The notes under the pieces were generated by a model. It did not search any database and was not told the DNA's origin. It worked only from the letters and a program-made list of their open reading frames with translations. The position numbers and the translations under genes are program-made. Of a stretch of 64,000 nt of DNA, positions 40,425-50,213 are shown in pieces; within the stretch, counting starts at the first letter, position 1; every line of letters begins with the position of its first letter. The stretch covers positions 62,001 to 126,000 of the IMG/VR virus record IMGVR_UViG_3300028920_000022, one strand, 5' to 3'.

Positions 40425-40799
40425 ATGAAAATTAGAACAGGATTCGTATCAAACTCTTCTAGCTCGTCTTTTGTTATTCTTAGCAAAACGTTGTTAACAG
40501 AGGCGGAACTGATAGAGAAATTAGATAAAAATGTTCTTGTGCCAGAAAATCATCCGTTGCATGAGATGGCTAAAGATATGGTTAGCACCTTAATAAATAG
40601 GGTTGGAGAAGCTCAAAATATCGAATCAATAGACGATCCTGAAGTTAAAAAAATGTATAATAATATGCTAGATGGTGCAGCCTACGTGTACAAAGGATAT
40701 CTTTCTGATGAGTGCGGTGGCACCGAAGAAACCTTATGCAATATGAGTCTTAACATAGAAGATGAGGATTTTGTTTTAGATCACGATGGCGGATATTGA
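40425..40799 (+). CDS. conserved phage protein of the MKIRxGFVSNSSSSSF family
   Basis: diagnostic N-terminus. Confidence 0.75.
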   Translation: MKIRTGFVSNSSSSSFVILSKTLLTEAELIEKLDKNVLVPENHPLHEMAKDMVSTLINRVGEAQNIESIDDPEVKKMYNNMLDGAAYVYKGYLSDECGGTEETLCNMSLNIEDEDFVLDHDGGY

Positions 40800-41562
40800 T
40801 ATGGCTAAAAAGAAAACAAAGAAAAAAGTTTCTAAAGCATATGTTGTTCCTGATCCGCGAGAACTAAGATATTGTGCAGATTATGAGGCATATATTGGAC
40901 AACCAAATAATTGCGATTGTGGTGACGATTACCATCGATGTGCCGTTTTCAGTGGTGGTGAAATAAAAAGCGTATATTACGATTCTATTTTTCACAAAGT
41001 TTCTGGGAGATATAATATTGTTAGCGTGAAAGATTATTGTCTGGACAGGTGGATTAGAAAAGAAATTACCACAGGATCTTTTGAAGTTTATGGGGTAAGA
41101 GGTTACTACGGGGATGAAGCAGAAGTATCTATGGATACCGTCGCCTGGTCTAATCTAAAAGATTTTGTACACATGCTCAACACTGATACTAATCAAAAAT
41201 GTATCGAAGAAGTATTATATAAAGAATATGGATATATTCTTCCGCCGTTAGAAGGAAAAGACTGGAAAGTAGTTGATAAGGTTAATATTGATCTGATTAG
41301 TTCAGCAAAGCTTGACGATGCTTCACCAGAGCATATTGTTGCCCTAAATCGTGAAGTGGTGGGTGGTTATTTATCGGATCTAAAATGTGATTATAAAAGC
41401 AAATATCTATCATGTATGTGTATTAAACATGGCAACAGTTACCGTTTAATTGATGGCAATCATCGTTTGGCAGCTTCCCGGGCGTTATGGCGAGAAAAAA
41501 TGGACAATTATAAACGCGGTTGTAAACCCTCAGTTTACATGACGGTGGTGTACTGTGTCTAG
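40786..41562 (+). CDS. protein with ParB/Srx-like C-terminal motif
   Basis: YRLIDGNHRLAA. Confidence 0.55.
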   Translation: MADIDMAKKKTKKKVSKAYVVPDPRELRYCADYEAYIGQPNNCDCGDDYHRCAVFSGGEIKSVYYDSIFHKVSGRYNIVSVKDYCLDRWIRKEITTGSFEVYGVRGYYGDEAEVSMDTVAWSNLKDFVHMLNTDTNQKCIEEVLYKEYGYILPPLEGKDWKVVDKVNIDLISSAKLDDASPEHIVALNREVVGGYLSDLKCDYKSKYLSCMCIKHGNSYRLIDGNHRLAASRALWREKMDNYKRGCKPSVYMTVVYCV

Positions 41563-42156
41563 AAAACCAACATCAATCAAAAACCTATACCGGTGTGAGT
41601 ACTGTGGTGTTTGTACCACAATCGATATGCACTGCGAATGCGGTGGGCAGAATTTTGACCCTAATGATGTTGAGTCTTATGTGCAGTATTTGGAAGGGCG
41701 TGTTCAGGAACTGGAGACAAAACTAAATGCTTATGAGACCTGTATAGTGTGCGGGGCGGAGTTGCTTCCTCCAAATTATCCACCACATTGCGAGGGCACT
41801 TGTCACCCAAACGAAGATCATGAAGCGGCTTGGGAAGAAATGATGAATATTGACGGGTAAATGATGTTAAAAGATAAAATTACCAAAGAACAATACGAAA
41901 CCTTTATGGAAAAATTAGACTGGGAGGGAACTGATTATGCTTTAGCAGAGTATTCTACCTGGAAAGATATCAAAGACAAAAAGTTTCACGTTCTTAGGGA
42001 TGCGTATGTAAAGGCGCGCAGAGAATTGTTCACTTATATTCAGGTGGATGAGTGGTAAATGATTAAACTACCTACTTCTGTTATAATCGGCGCTTTTGTT
42101 GGAGCGACTTTGGCTGCAATTGTTTCAATTATTAATATCATATTTGCAGGAACGCC

Positions 42157-42963
42157 ATGAAAATCATTATTGTAACAAAACGCACCGCTTACAGCAGACT
42201 GACAGAAGACCCTACAACCCAAAGCCTGTTGGGCAAAAAAGACATTGATCAATTAAAAAAAGCACACGAAAGACACCAAGTCTGCCTAAACGAAGTAATT
42301 AAACACCTTAAAAATATTGGTGTCCGTCCTCACATAATCTCTTCTGGTCAAGCGTTTGATGACAAAATTTCTGATTTTGTTATAACAGTTGGTGGCGATG
42401 GTACCTTGTTATCAGCTTCGCATAACGTAGGTAGCACTCCATTAATGGGAATCAATAGTGACCCAGAAACTAGCGTAGGTTATTTGTGTCACGCAACTCC
42501 CAAAACCCTAGAGATAAGTATAAAACGTCACATTAATGATAACCCCAAAACCTTTTCAGTAACCCGAATGGAAGTGTTGGTGGGAGGAAAGAGTATTGCT
42601 AAACGGGTTTTAAATGAAGCTTTGTTTACTCATTCGTGCCCAGCAGCAATGACCAAAGTTCTATTGGATAACGAATTATATTCTTGTTCAGGAATTTGGG
42701 TTGGTACCGGAGCAGGATCAACTGGAGCAATAAAATCTGCTGGTGGTAAACGATTACCAATGTGTGCGGACATGTTGCAGGCTATTGTTAGAGAATCGTA
42801 CAACAAAGGCAAAACTAAACATGTTCAAACTCAGTTTAAATTGGTGAGCAAAATCTCTGATGCCGTCCTGTATTTAGATGGACCTTTCCTCCAGATTCCT
42901 GTAGGATACGGTGACACGGTCACATGTAGAGCCTCAAAAGAGCCGCTAAACCTGATCCAATGA
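42157..42963 (+). CDS. nadK: NAD(+) kinase
   Basis: VGGDGTLL, GINSDP, LNE, G..V.T.AGSTG...SAGG. Confidence 0.88.
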   Translation: MKIIIVTKRTAYSRLTEDPTTQSLLGKKDIDQLKKAHERHQVCLNEVIKHLKNIGVRPHIISSGQAFDDKISDFVITVGGDGTLLSASHNVGSTPLMGINSDPETSVGYLCHATPKTLEISIKRHINDNPKTFSVTRMEVLVGGKSIAKRVLNEALFTHSCPAAMTKVLLDNELYSCSGIWVGTGAGSTGAIKSAGGKRLPMCADMLQAIVRESYNKGKTKHVQTQFKLVSKISDAVLYLDGPFLQIPVGYGDTVTCRASKEPLNLIQ

Positions 42964-43358
42964 ATACTTTTCTTCCATTTCCAGACTTCGAAAAATCTGC
43001 TAAAGTTTTGGATCGTTTACGTTTGGGTAAACAAAGATCAGAAGCTTTAATTATGTTGCGGGGCGGTTGGGTTAATCATCCGGCGGCTAAGATGTGGTCT
43101 AAACACTTGTATCAACTAGCGAATTATGGTATAGCTATATGTAACGAATGGATATCAAGAGGATACCGAGATAACTGTTTGAAACAATTTTTAGAGGAGC
43201 AATCTAAATTAGAAGATGCTGGCGTGCCGTGGTGGTTGGGTAATCAGGGGTTCCACATTTCTCATCAAAGCAATTTGATTAGAAAATTACCTGAACATTA
43301 CGGTCCCATTTTCCCTGGAGTTCCGGACAATTTACCATATATTTGGCCAGTTCCATAA
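42960..43358 (+). CDS. pyrimidine-dimer DNA glycosylase/endonuclease V-like protein
   Basis: MNTFLP, LD..RLGKQR.E, HPA..MW, SHQSNL..K.P..Y. Confidence 0.8.
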   Translation: MNTFLPFPDFEKSAKVLDRLRLGKQRSEALIMLRGGWVNHPAAKMWSKHLYQLANYGIAICNEWISRGYRDNCLKQFLEEQSKLEDAGVPWWLGNQGFHISHQSNLIRKLPEHYGPIFPGVPDNLPYIWPVP

Positions 43359-43546
43359 CTCACTTCTACTGTTTGGTGGTTGGCACTAGAAGTTAGCAAA
43401 GATAAACCATCTTCCGGCTAAAAACGTGAAGTGGCGGGTTTTTAGTTGGAAATTTTTAAAATTTTCTGTCCTCCCCGAGTACAGTGGTGGGTTCCGGCTG
43501 TTCAGGGTAGTATTGAGCGGGACCCACTTACATTTTAGGGGTAATT

Positions 43547-44056
43547 ATGGAAGGCACCAAATTAGATCTAAAGCGCGCTCAAATTGATGGGGACAATTAC
43601 GGTCCTTCTGATGTCTATACAGACAAAGTAGAATGTGTGCCTTTTGCACTAGCCGCTTTGATTATCATGTATGTGGAAGACGAAAAAGGTGGACCAAACA
43701 AACTCAAAGAATCAATTGAATGGCGAATGAGAAGTGCCTTGGAAGACAAGGATGAATTTTCCAGGGATAGTAGCAAACTGTGGGCAACAGCTGAGGAACG
43801 AATACTGCAGTTGTATAAGTGGTGGACCGTAGAGCGTCCTAAGTTGATGAATCGTGAAAGTGAATTGTTGGAAAAATGGTCTAAGTCTAGAGGTTTGGAA
43901 GACACATCAGATCTGGAAAATAGACTCAATGCTCCAGACACACCTAGAAGCAGAGAGTTGTTCGAAGCACACACGGATCTGGGAGAACGTATTCGTGCTG
44001 AAATGCAAGAGTTTTGTCATGGAGTAATTGATATTAGGGAGTTTCTTTGGACATAA
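43547..44056 (+). CDS. hypothetical phage protein
   Basis: ORF ending FLWT. Confidence 0.65.
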   Translation: MEGTKLDLKRAQIDGDNYGPSDVYTDKVECVPFALAALIIMYVEDEKGGPNKLKESIEWRMRSALEDKDEFSRDSSKLWATAEERILQLYKWWTVERPKLMNRESELLEKWSKSRGLEDTSDLENRLNAPDTPRSRELFEAHTDLGERIRAEMQEFCHGVIDIREFLWT

Positions 44057-44370
44057 TGGCTAAAAAGAAAAGAACAACTTGGTTACGAATTAATCAATGT
44101 AAAAGGTTTGATTGCGGGGGTTTTGATGTAATTATATACGAATACGGCAATCAAATAAGCCGTGATAGAATTGGTAGAAAGCGAAAATATTTAGCACAGT
44201 ATGATTATTACAATTGCAGAGACGAAGATAGGTTAATTATTTATAGTCGGAAATGTGACACAAAAGAACAGGCGCTAACCATGGTTCAAAACAAAATTAA
44301 ACGCTTGGAAAGACTGTTTAGTGTTAAAAAAATAATGAACGAAATGATAATCAAAGATGTCCTCACCTAG
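44056..44370 (+). CDS. tandem paralog 1 with C-terminal IKDVLT motif
   Basis: similar to the next two ORFs. Confidence 0.7.
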   Translation: MAKKKRTTWLRINQCKRFDCGGFDVIIYEYGNQISRDRIGRKRKYLAQYDYYNCRDEDRLIIYSRKCDTKEQALTMVQNKIKRLERLFSVKKIMNEMIIKDVLT

Positions 44371-44653
44371 ATATCATTTAGCAAGTTATAAGAGAGTTTG
44401 GAGTACGAGCACGTATAGTTTACATGTACTGGAATATAAAAACGTTTTACCCAACCAGAAACTTGGCAAAGAAGTTATATATGCTGCAGAGCTAACTTAC
44501 GATTACCAAAAAGATTATATCAATATAATGAGTAGAAGGTTTAACACACCAGAGGCGGCAATAAAATATGTGTTCAAACGCTTGGTTAAAATATCTTCGC
44601 TAAAGCATGACACCGTCATCAAAGAAATGATGATTAAGGACATCATTACGTAA
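44357..44653 (+). CDS. tandem paralog 2 with C-terminal IKDIIT motif
   Basis: similar to neighbours. Confidence 0.7.
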   Translation: MSSPRYHLASYKRVWSTSTYSLHVLEYKNVLPNQKLGKEVIYAAELTYDYQKDYINIMSRRFNTPEAAIKYVFKRLVKISSLKHDTVIKEMMIKDIIT

Positions 44654-44961
44654 TGAGAAAAAAACCTACGAGGTGGGCATTTTACAATTCTGAGTATCAT
44701 TCTGGAAAAGGTTTTTCTCTAATTATAGTTACTTTTGCTAACGTTATTTCTCGAAATAGATTTGGAAAAAAGAGATGTTATTCTGTAAATTATTATGCTG
44801 ATAACAAATCGAAATCGTATATAATAAGAATCCACACTAAAAAATATGACACCAAACACCAAGCTATTACTGCAGTACGTCGCACATTAAACAGATGCGC
44901 TGGTTATTGTGATGCCGACCGTATTCTAAACGAAATGACTATCAGGGATATAATCACATGA
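44653..44961 (+). CDS. tandem paralog 3 with C-terminal IRDIIT motif
   Basis: similar to neighbours. Confidence 0.7.
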   Translation: MRKKPTRWAFYNSEYHSGKGFSLIIVTFANVISRNRFGKKRCYSVNYYADNKSKSYIIRIHTKKYDTKHQAITAVRRTLNRCAGYCDADRILNEMTIRDIIT

Positions 44962-45440
44962 GTTTAATTGAAGAGTTTTATACACTGAAAACCACCGATC
45001 ATCGTAATAGAAAACTTTTCGATTATTGGGGCGCAAACGATGAATGGTTAGAAGACACCCATGATTATATTCAATGGATGTTTCCATTACAAGAAGCAAG
45101 TGCATTTAACGTACATGCGCCACTTCTTTCTGAAGAGGATCGTTATAACTGCTTATGGAACGAAAGTGTTTATGATAACTTTTGTAGATCGTTTAATGTT
45201 ATGTGCGGATTTTATGGGTTCTATATAACATATAATAACACCGTAAAGCTGAAACGTTGGGTAACTCCACAAAACCATAACTTTTTGAGGCTGACCCGTA
45301 TACTTAAAAGTAGCATGTTGATGGGCGCGGAGCCACAAGCGCGCTTTTTATTCCGAAAATTAAATGATTTGTATAAAACTCATCACGAAATCATTACCAG
45401 TAAAACGGTGGATTTTTGGAAAGATGCGGTGGGATATTGA
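44958..45440 (+). CDS. OGFr (opioid growth factor receptor) conserved-domain protein
   Basis: LE.THDYIQWMFPL, HN.LRLTRILKS. Confidence 0.85.
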   Translation: MSLIEEFYTLKTTDHRNRKLFDYWGANDEWLEDTHDYIQWMFPLQEASAFNVHAPLLSEEDRYNCLWNESVYDNFCRSFNVMCGFYGFYITYNNTVKLKRWVTPQNHNFLRLTRILKSSMLMGAEPQARFLFRKLNDLYKTHHEIITSKTVDFWKDAVGY

Positions 45441-46003
45441 TGGAACGTGAAAATTACTACCTGTTTGTCATAGATACCGAGCAATATGCTGGCAATTTTG
45501 AAAGACAAATGGCTGCTTATTGCACTGGTGTGGTTGGTGAATGTGAGGTGGGTGATACTGAGGCATATGTTTTCTCACAAGAATGTCCAGAGTTTGTGGA
45601 ACAAATGGAAAACATTATAGCGCATGTTCCAGATGAACACGAATGTCACCGTCCAGTAAGTATTTATGCTACCCCTGGGTGGTGGAATGATGGGTTGGGC
45701 AGTCATTATCTTGACTCTGAGTGGGGAAAACGCTATACTGCCTACAAATATAAAGAGGAAGCCAAGAAACGTAAAATCAAAAGAGGTATCAAAAAACACC
45801 CAGCATATATGAGTGTGGCAATATATTTTTACGATGAAAAACCTCCGAAGTCAATAATTAATCTTATCAAACAAAGAGCTATAATGTTTCCGGAATATTG
45901 GAGGAAAGATAATAAACCTTGGCATGAGGAAATAAAAATAACCGGATTTAGATTGCTCCATGAAGTTGTAACAACTAAACAGGTGTGGGGAGAGAAAATA
46001 TGA
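45440..46003 (+). CDS. hypothetical phage protein
   Basis: ORF. Confidence 0.7.
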   Translation: MERENYYLFVIDTEQYAGNFERQMAAYCTGVVGECEVGDTEAYVFSQECPEFVEQMENIIAHVPDEHECHRPVSIYATPGWWNDGLGSHYLDSEWGKRYTAYKYKEEAKKRKIKRGIKKHPAYMSVAIYFYDEKPPKSIINLIKQRAIMFPEYWRKDNKPWHEEIKITGFRLLHEVVTTKQVWGEKI

Positions 46004-46015
46004 TAGTTTGATTTT

Positions 46016-46086
46016 CCGCCTGTGGGTCGGGTTGACTCAGGAACTCTTATAAGGTTCCCAGCTTGGTTCGAGTCCAAGCAGGCGGA
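46016..46086 (+). tRNA. tRNA-Ile (TAT) with a short, atypical D arm
   Basis: CCGCCTG/CAGGCGG; GAACT-CTTATAA-GGTTC; CTTGG-TTCGAGT-CCAAG. Confidence 0.8.
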
Positions 46087-46131
46087 CAAGGTAATATTTA
46101 GCTTGGTTAATTCACATAAGGAAAAGAAAAT

Positions 46132-46575
46132 ATGAATCGTTTCACGGCTTACGTTGTTGGTGTCTTAGCGTGTATTGCTGGCGGATGTGCGATTGTTGGT
46201 GGAGTTATAGTGCTTTCCTCCCTGCCACCGCCGAAACTGGAAGAAAAACCAAACTGCCTCATATCGCCTATTGCGGTAAAAGACTCCTACCATTCCAACC
46301 TAGTGGTACGCGATAATGAGGTTTATTCGTGCAGCAGGACCGACGATGATAAACAGGTGTTTTGTCAAAAATTGGTTGTTTCTGACACTTGTAAACAACA
46401 TGCTGATGACATAGCGGTAGCTTACGAAAAATCACGCAAAGAAGAGCGTGAATATTATGCGTCTAACAAAAAGAAGGAAACGTTAGAAAAGCAACAACGA
46501 TGGGAAACCATGTTGGATATTTTCGACACACTAGAGGAGTTTAAAAAGCAAAAGCATGAAAAAGTCTCTAAATAA
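46132..46575 (+). CDS. membrane-anchored protein
   Basis: N-terminal TM; AAGGA SD. Confidence 0.65.
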   Translation: MNRFTAYVVGVLACIAGGCAIVGGVIVLSSLPPPKLEEKPNCLISPIAVKDSYHSNLVVRDNEVYSCSRTDDDKQVFCQKLVVSDTCKQHADDIAVAYEKSRKEEREYYASNKKKETLEKQQRWETMLDIFDTLEEFKKQKHEKVSK

Positions 46576-47278
46576 ACTACACTTTCCTGCAGGAACATCA
46601 CGAAAGGATCGTGTCCTATGCTGGGACATGACCAAAATGTATGTTCCTGAAAGTAACGCAGAGGTTGTGGTTGCTTGTTCGGGCGGTATTGATAGTACAG
46701 CTCTGGCGAACGCCGTGGCTCAATGTATCTATCTTGACCACGGAGATTCTATCATAACATTAGCGTATGTTAATCATGGTTTGCGTTCTGAGGTGGATAG
46801 TGAAATTGAACATATTAAGGATTTGTCTGGTAAGCTGTGTGCTGATTATATTATTCTAGATGGGCGAATCGATCCCAACAAACCTGGAATTCAGGAGCGT
46901 GCTCGCAAGAAACGTTATCAATTATTGAACGATTTTTGTCAAGGGCTACCAAAAGTAAGACGACAATACGTGTATCTTCTCACCGCTCACAACGCAAATG
47001 ACCAGGCGGAGACTGTGTTATTTAGAACCATGATGGGGAGAAAACAAACAAAAATTCCCAAGCGAGTACATAAAAGTTGGGGACAGATTTATAGACCTTT
47101 TCTGCGATTTACTCGTCAAGATATTGAAAAATACGCAAAGGTATTCAATTTATCTTGGTGCGAAGACTCTTCCAATGCTACTGATAAATATACAAGAAAT
47201 AAAATTCGTCACCATCTAATTCCTTGGATTGAGTCTAATATCAACCCAAACGTAATTAAATCCATTTCAGGATCATGA
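46556..47278 (+). CDS. tilS: tRNA(Ile)-lysidine synthetase-like protein (catalytic domain only)
   Basis: SGGIDS, NHGLR, AR..RY, TAHNANDQAETVL, RPFL, EDSSN...Y.RN.IRH. Confidence 0.88.
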   Translation: MKKSLNKLHFPAGTSRKDRVLCWDMTKMYVPESNAEVVVACSGGIDSTALANAVAQCIYLDHGDSIITLAYVNHGLRSEVDSEIEHIKDLSGKLCADYIILDGRIDPNKPGIQERARKKRYQLLNDFCQGLPKVRRQYVYLLTAHNANDQAETVLFRTMMGRKQTKIPKRVHKSWGQIYRPFLRFTRQDIEKYAKVFNLSWCEDSSNATDKYTRNKIRHHLIPWIESNINPNVIKSISGS

Positions 47279-47495
47279 CAGAAGTACAGTCAAACACTCT
47301 CGAAGCCACCCTTATGGTTGGTGGTTTTGTGCTTTTGTTGATATTGTTGTTTGGACTCACTTCTGATAATAAAAACCTGTGTAAACAAAAATGTGGCGTG
47401 CATGCAGTAATTGCATGCGATATTGAATACAAAGACAAAGATGTTGTCATTTGCGAATCTGTTTCAGGACAACCAATAATGAAAAACCTTTTCCC

Positions 47496-48104
47496 ATGAA
47501 AAAACCTCCAAACATACAGCTGATTAATCACGGAGAAGAAACTGATTCTCCACCATTTTTAACAGTTAAGCGGGTACGTTTACATGCCGAGTATCCTGAC
47601 GGATCGGTTAGTCCAGAATTTCATCATGATATAGTATTGAGAAAGAAAATAGATGCGGTTGTAATTATAGCTTACTATAGAATAAACCATACACCAATGG
47701 TATATTTGCGTAGCGCAATTCGTCCAGCTATTGCGGATAGGTTTGTAGACGGAGGCAATTTGTGGGAACTGCCCGCTGGTTTAATTGAGGAGGGAGAGTC
47801 TCCGGTTGAGTGTGCAGTACGAGAGTTGAAAGAGGAGCTGGGGTTTGATGCAGAAGAAAAGGATTTCAAACCTGTTGGTCCAATCTCTTATACTTCAGTT
47901 GGAATATGTGCTGAACAATTATACTTTTTAAGCGTAGAGGTAGATCCGTCAAGCCAAAATGTTCCCACAGAGGACGGTTCTGCTTTAGAAAAGGGGGCGG
48001 ATATTATCTCAATGTGTGTGTTCGACATTCTTTGTGCATGCCAGCGTGGTGAAATTAAAGATGCGAAAACCGAAATTGGGATACGGAGAATGAGCTTTCT
48101 GTGA
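47496..48104 (+). CDS. Nudix hydrolase (ADP-ribose pyrophosphatase-like)
   Basis: ELPAGLIEEGESPVECAVRELKEELG; IKDAKT. Confidence 0.88.
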   Translation: MKKPPNIQLINHGEETDSPPFLTVKRVRLHAEYPDGSVSPEFHHDIVLRKKIDAVVIIAYYRINHTPMVYLRSAIRPAIADRFVDGGNLWELPAGLIEEGESPVECAVRELKEELGFDAEEKDFKPVGPISYTSVGICAEQLYFLSVEVDPSSQNVPTEDGSALEKGADIISMCVFDILCACQRGEIKDAKTEIGIRRMSFL

Positions 48105-48352
48105 AAAAGTTTTTGATCAATTTTTTAAACGCCAAGGGTCATAATTGTGAATGTCCAAATCAATACAGTTCGATCGTTTATTCCAAGTGTAAAAATTGTG
48201 GGTGTTTGTTTGAATATGATGGAACGACAGTTCGCTGTTGGGGCGGTTTAATATGTGGCACCTATAATCGTCCTATTTACTCTGAAGTGAAAGAATATTC
48301 AGCTGTTTCGCTTTCTTGCCAAGATATAGTAATTAAGGATATTATTTCTTAA
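48101..48352 (+). CDS. zinc-ribbon protein with C-terminal IKDIIS motif
   Basis: H..CKNCG..CQDIVIKDIIS*. Confidence 0.65.
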   Translation: MKKFLINFLNAKGHNCECPNQYSSIVYSKCKNCGCLFEYDGTTVRCWGGLICGTYNRPIYSEVKEYSAVSLSCQDIVIKDIIS

Positions 48353-48636
48353 TGGAATCCGGAATCAAAAATCCAACTCAGTGGAAATGGCGAGAAGGAC
48401 CATTGCCAAATGTTAATGATGCTCCCGACTTGGTACGGGTAGTGGCGTGGATTCCGTATGACGATCAGACTGCAGGATATTTGGTTGTATTTTGTGCTTT
48501 CACTGGCGAAAGTTTTAAAAAAACCTGGGTGTCCTCAAGCGATTGTTCTTCCTTATTTCCGGAACGTGTAAAGTGCTGGGCGGTTGTTTCCGGTTTAGAA
48601 TTTGAAGAGTGGGCAATTAAGGAAATTATTGAGTAG
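48352..48636 (+). CDS. DUF551-like protein with C-terminal IKEIIE motif
   Basis: W.W...PLP...V.CW; ends EEWAIKEIIE*. Confidence 0.55.
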   Translation: MESGIKNPTQWKWREGPLPNVNDAPDLVRVVAWIPYDDQTAGYLVVFCAFTGESFKKTWVSSSDCSSLFPERVKCWAVVSGLEFEEWAIKEIIE

Positions 48637-48675
48637 TGGACAAAACGGTTGCTTTATGCTACTCTGGTTACAATT

Positions 48676-49644
48676 ATGACAGACGCATACAGAGGAGATA
48701 GTCCCGCAAAGAAGTTGGCACGGCTTAACTTTTGGGGTCACTATTACGGCAGAATAGACTATTGGCATCCGGCTATAGTACTTGCGGGAACCGGTGGAGA
48801 TATTGCTACTCTTATTGCACTCGGGGTTCCGCAAAGCCATATTGTGGCTATAGATATTAATGCACAACGTATTCGTGTTTGTAAAGAAAAATTTCCAGAT
48901 GTTTCTTATTTTGTGGGTGATGTTGCTGATGTAATGAAAGAAAACAATATCGAGTCTGGAGTGGTGTTGTTAGATTATTGTGGTATTATGTCTGCCAAAT
49001 GTCTTCAAACAACCATTGAAGTATCGCAACTAATTCCTAACGATTCAGTATTAGGTATTGCTACTCTCAAATGCCGGGACCGTAGCAGTATAATGTGGTT
49101 GCCCGGCAGACGTAGTCAACTAGCTACCAACATGGTGCTTCAGATTATAGGTGGCACTTCCGGAACTTCACGACAATTAAGAAGAGTTTTACGCAAGAAA
49201 GCATTGCATTGTCAACAATGTTTGGAAAAAGTAGATTCTGTGGTAATTGATTACAAACATGACCGCATAGGCGTAGATGTTGGCAATGCTGTGAAAACAG
49301 ATACAATACGTCGTGGTCGTACCTTATGTGATATTATTTCGGTTTTATATACCATGTTTGATAATCCGAAAGGATTTCTGTATCATTCGATATTTGAATA
49401 CCAAAGCAGTACACTTGATTCTTGCGGAAGTCCTATGGTAATCTATGGTTACATTGTAGGTCCATTAGGAGAAGTACAAGATTATGAAGACAGTTCGGAA
49501 TACAAACTTTCTTACACCAAAATTCCCAACGATCCTGCGATGTTATCTGGTATAATTAGAAATTTAGTATTAGAAGACAAAAATATGGTTGGCGCATTGA
49601 ACGTAGACCCGGATTTGGCGGAGTCATGGCACGCATTGGTTTAA
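48676..49644 (+). CDS. putative SAM-dependent methyltransferase-like protein
   Basis: LAGTGGD, VAIDIN, GDV, LLDYCG. Confidence 0.5.
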   Translation: MTDAYRGDSPAKKLARLNFWGHYYGRIDYWHPAIVLAGTGGDIATLIALGVPQSHIVAIDINAQRIRVCKEKFPDVSYFVGDVADVMKENNIESGVVLLDYCGIMSAKCLQTTIEVSQLIPNDSVLGIATLKCRDRSSIMWLPGRRSQLATNMVLQIIGGTSGTSRQLRRVLRKKALHCQQCLEKVDSVVIDYKHDRIGVDVGNAVKTDTIRRGRTLCDIISVLYTMFDNPKGFLYHSIFEYQSSTLDSCGSPMVIYGYIVGPLGEVQDYEDSSEYKLSYTKIPNDPAMLSGIIRNLVLEDKNMVGALNVDPDLAESWHALV

Positions 49645-50213
49645 AGGAACCAGACGAACGTTTGTTAGATTGTGCATTAATTATGCTGACATGTAGAAGC
49701 CCACATCCGCCATCTGTAAAATGGGCATCAGAATTTGTTATTGATTTGTTGACCCGCGAATGTAATGAAGAAGTTCAAAAAAAGATTAATGAAAAGTCAT
49801 GGCGGTTGGATGAGTGGAAAAACAACAGTAAAGATTTTAGATATGTTGCGGAAAAAATTAGTAACAAAATAAGCAGGGGTTTGCAAAAAACGGTTATACT
49901 TCAGCATACAAGTATGGCAAACGAATGTTCATACTTAGAATGGTTTTTCTACAACGTAGACAAGAAAACCAGAATGGAACTGCAAGCCAAATATCAGGAA
50001 ATTACTGGTGAAAATGTACCTCCGTGTTTTGATGTTTTGGACGACGAACTGGACACGATTCCTCAAAAAGATCCACCATCTACAGAAGATTATTTGAATG
50101 ATGATGGCTACAAATCAATAGTAGAAAACGATCAGAGTTCAATTAAAGAGTAAAAATAGTTGACATCATGGCTGCATGACGGTAGACTGCGTCCGCTAAG
50201 AAAGTGGTGAACA

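Noticed and set aside
40705-40733. Hammerhead-like CTGATGA-stem-GAA
   Set aside because: After stem II the sequence reads CGAAG, not GAAA; no stems I/III seen; it lies inside a credible CDS (LSDECGGTEE).
49626-50153. Further member of the C-terminal tag family (ends SSIKE)
   Set aside because: Lacks the two terminal hydrophobic residues and the spacing to the stop.
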